A stretch of 63,313 nucleotides of DNA, the filler included, from Octopus bimaculoides (taxonomy: Eukaryota), in assembly GCF_001194135.2 (NCBI RefSeq). It is 6 parts of 6 records of this genome, joined end to end, with 100 filler letters (N's around TTAATTAATTAA, not from the genome) between each part and the next. Parts side by side here need not be neighbours in the genome. Positions count along the whole stretch, not along the records: positions 56,641 to 63,313 come from NC_068991.1; 5 more parts are not named here. One strand, written 5' to 3'. Positions 63,273 through 63,313 of this stretch are shown here, piece by piece (the stretch's first letter is position 1; the number at the start of each line of letters is the position of its first letter). Under the pieces are notes generated by a model that was given only the letters and a program-made list of their open reading frames with translations, had not been told where the DNA came from and did not search any database. The translations under genes and the position numbers were made by a program.

Positions 63273-63313
<41 letters not shown>

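Overview
This is AT-rich, microsatellite-saturated, gap-ridden eukaryotic DNA, with roughly 15-20% N. The tRNA-derived SINE families and base composition suggest an octopus (coleoid cephalopod) draft assembly; that is an inference from pattern, not a database result. Most of the window is repeat: several SINE families, a complete but dead Tc1 element with TIRs and a SINE inserted in it, an internally deleted mariner, a maT-like fragment, a decayed hATm-like transposon, RTE and R4/Dong LINE fragments, and a piggyBac-type MITE. One convincing host coding exon was found at 43035-43454 on the minus strand. It encodes a secreted cystine-knot protein with the IL-17-type D-x-x-R-Y-P...R-C motif but an atypical cysteine set. 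It lies inside a near-perfect ~115-bp inverted repeat and an inverted SINE pair. A second, decayed ~1-kb reading frame of uncertain family lies at 22387-23413. Five artificial TTAATTAATTAA linkers inside N-runs mark assembly joins, so linkage across them is uncertain. Nearly all long ORFs in the supplied track are microsatellite or N-gap artefacts.
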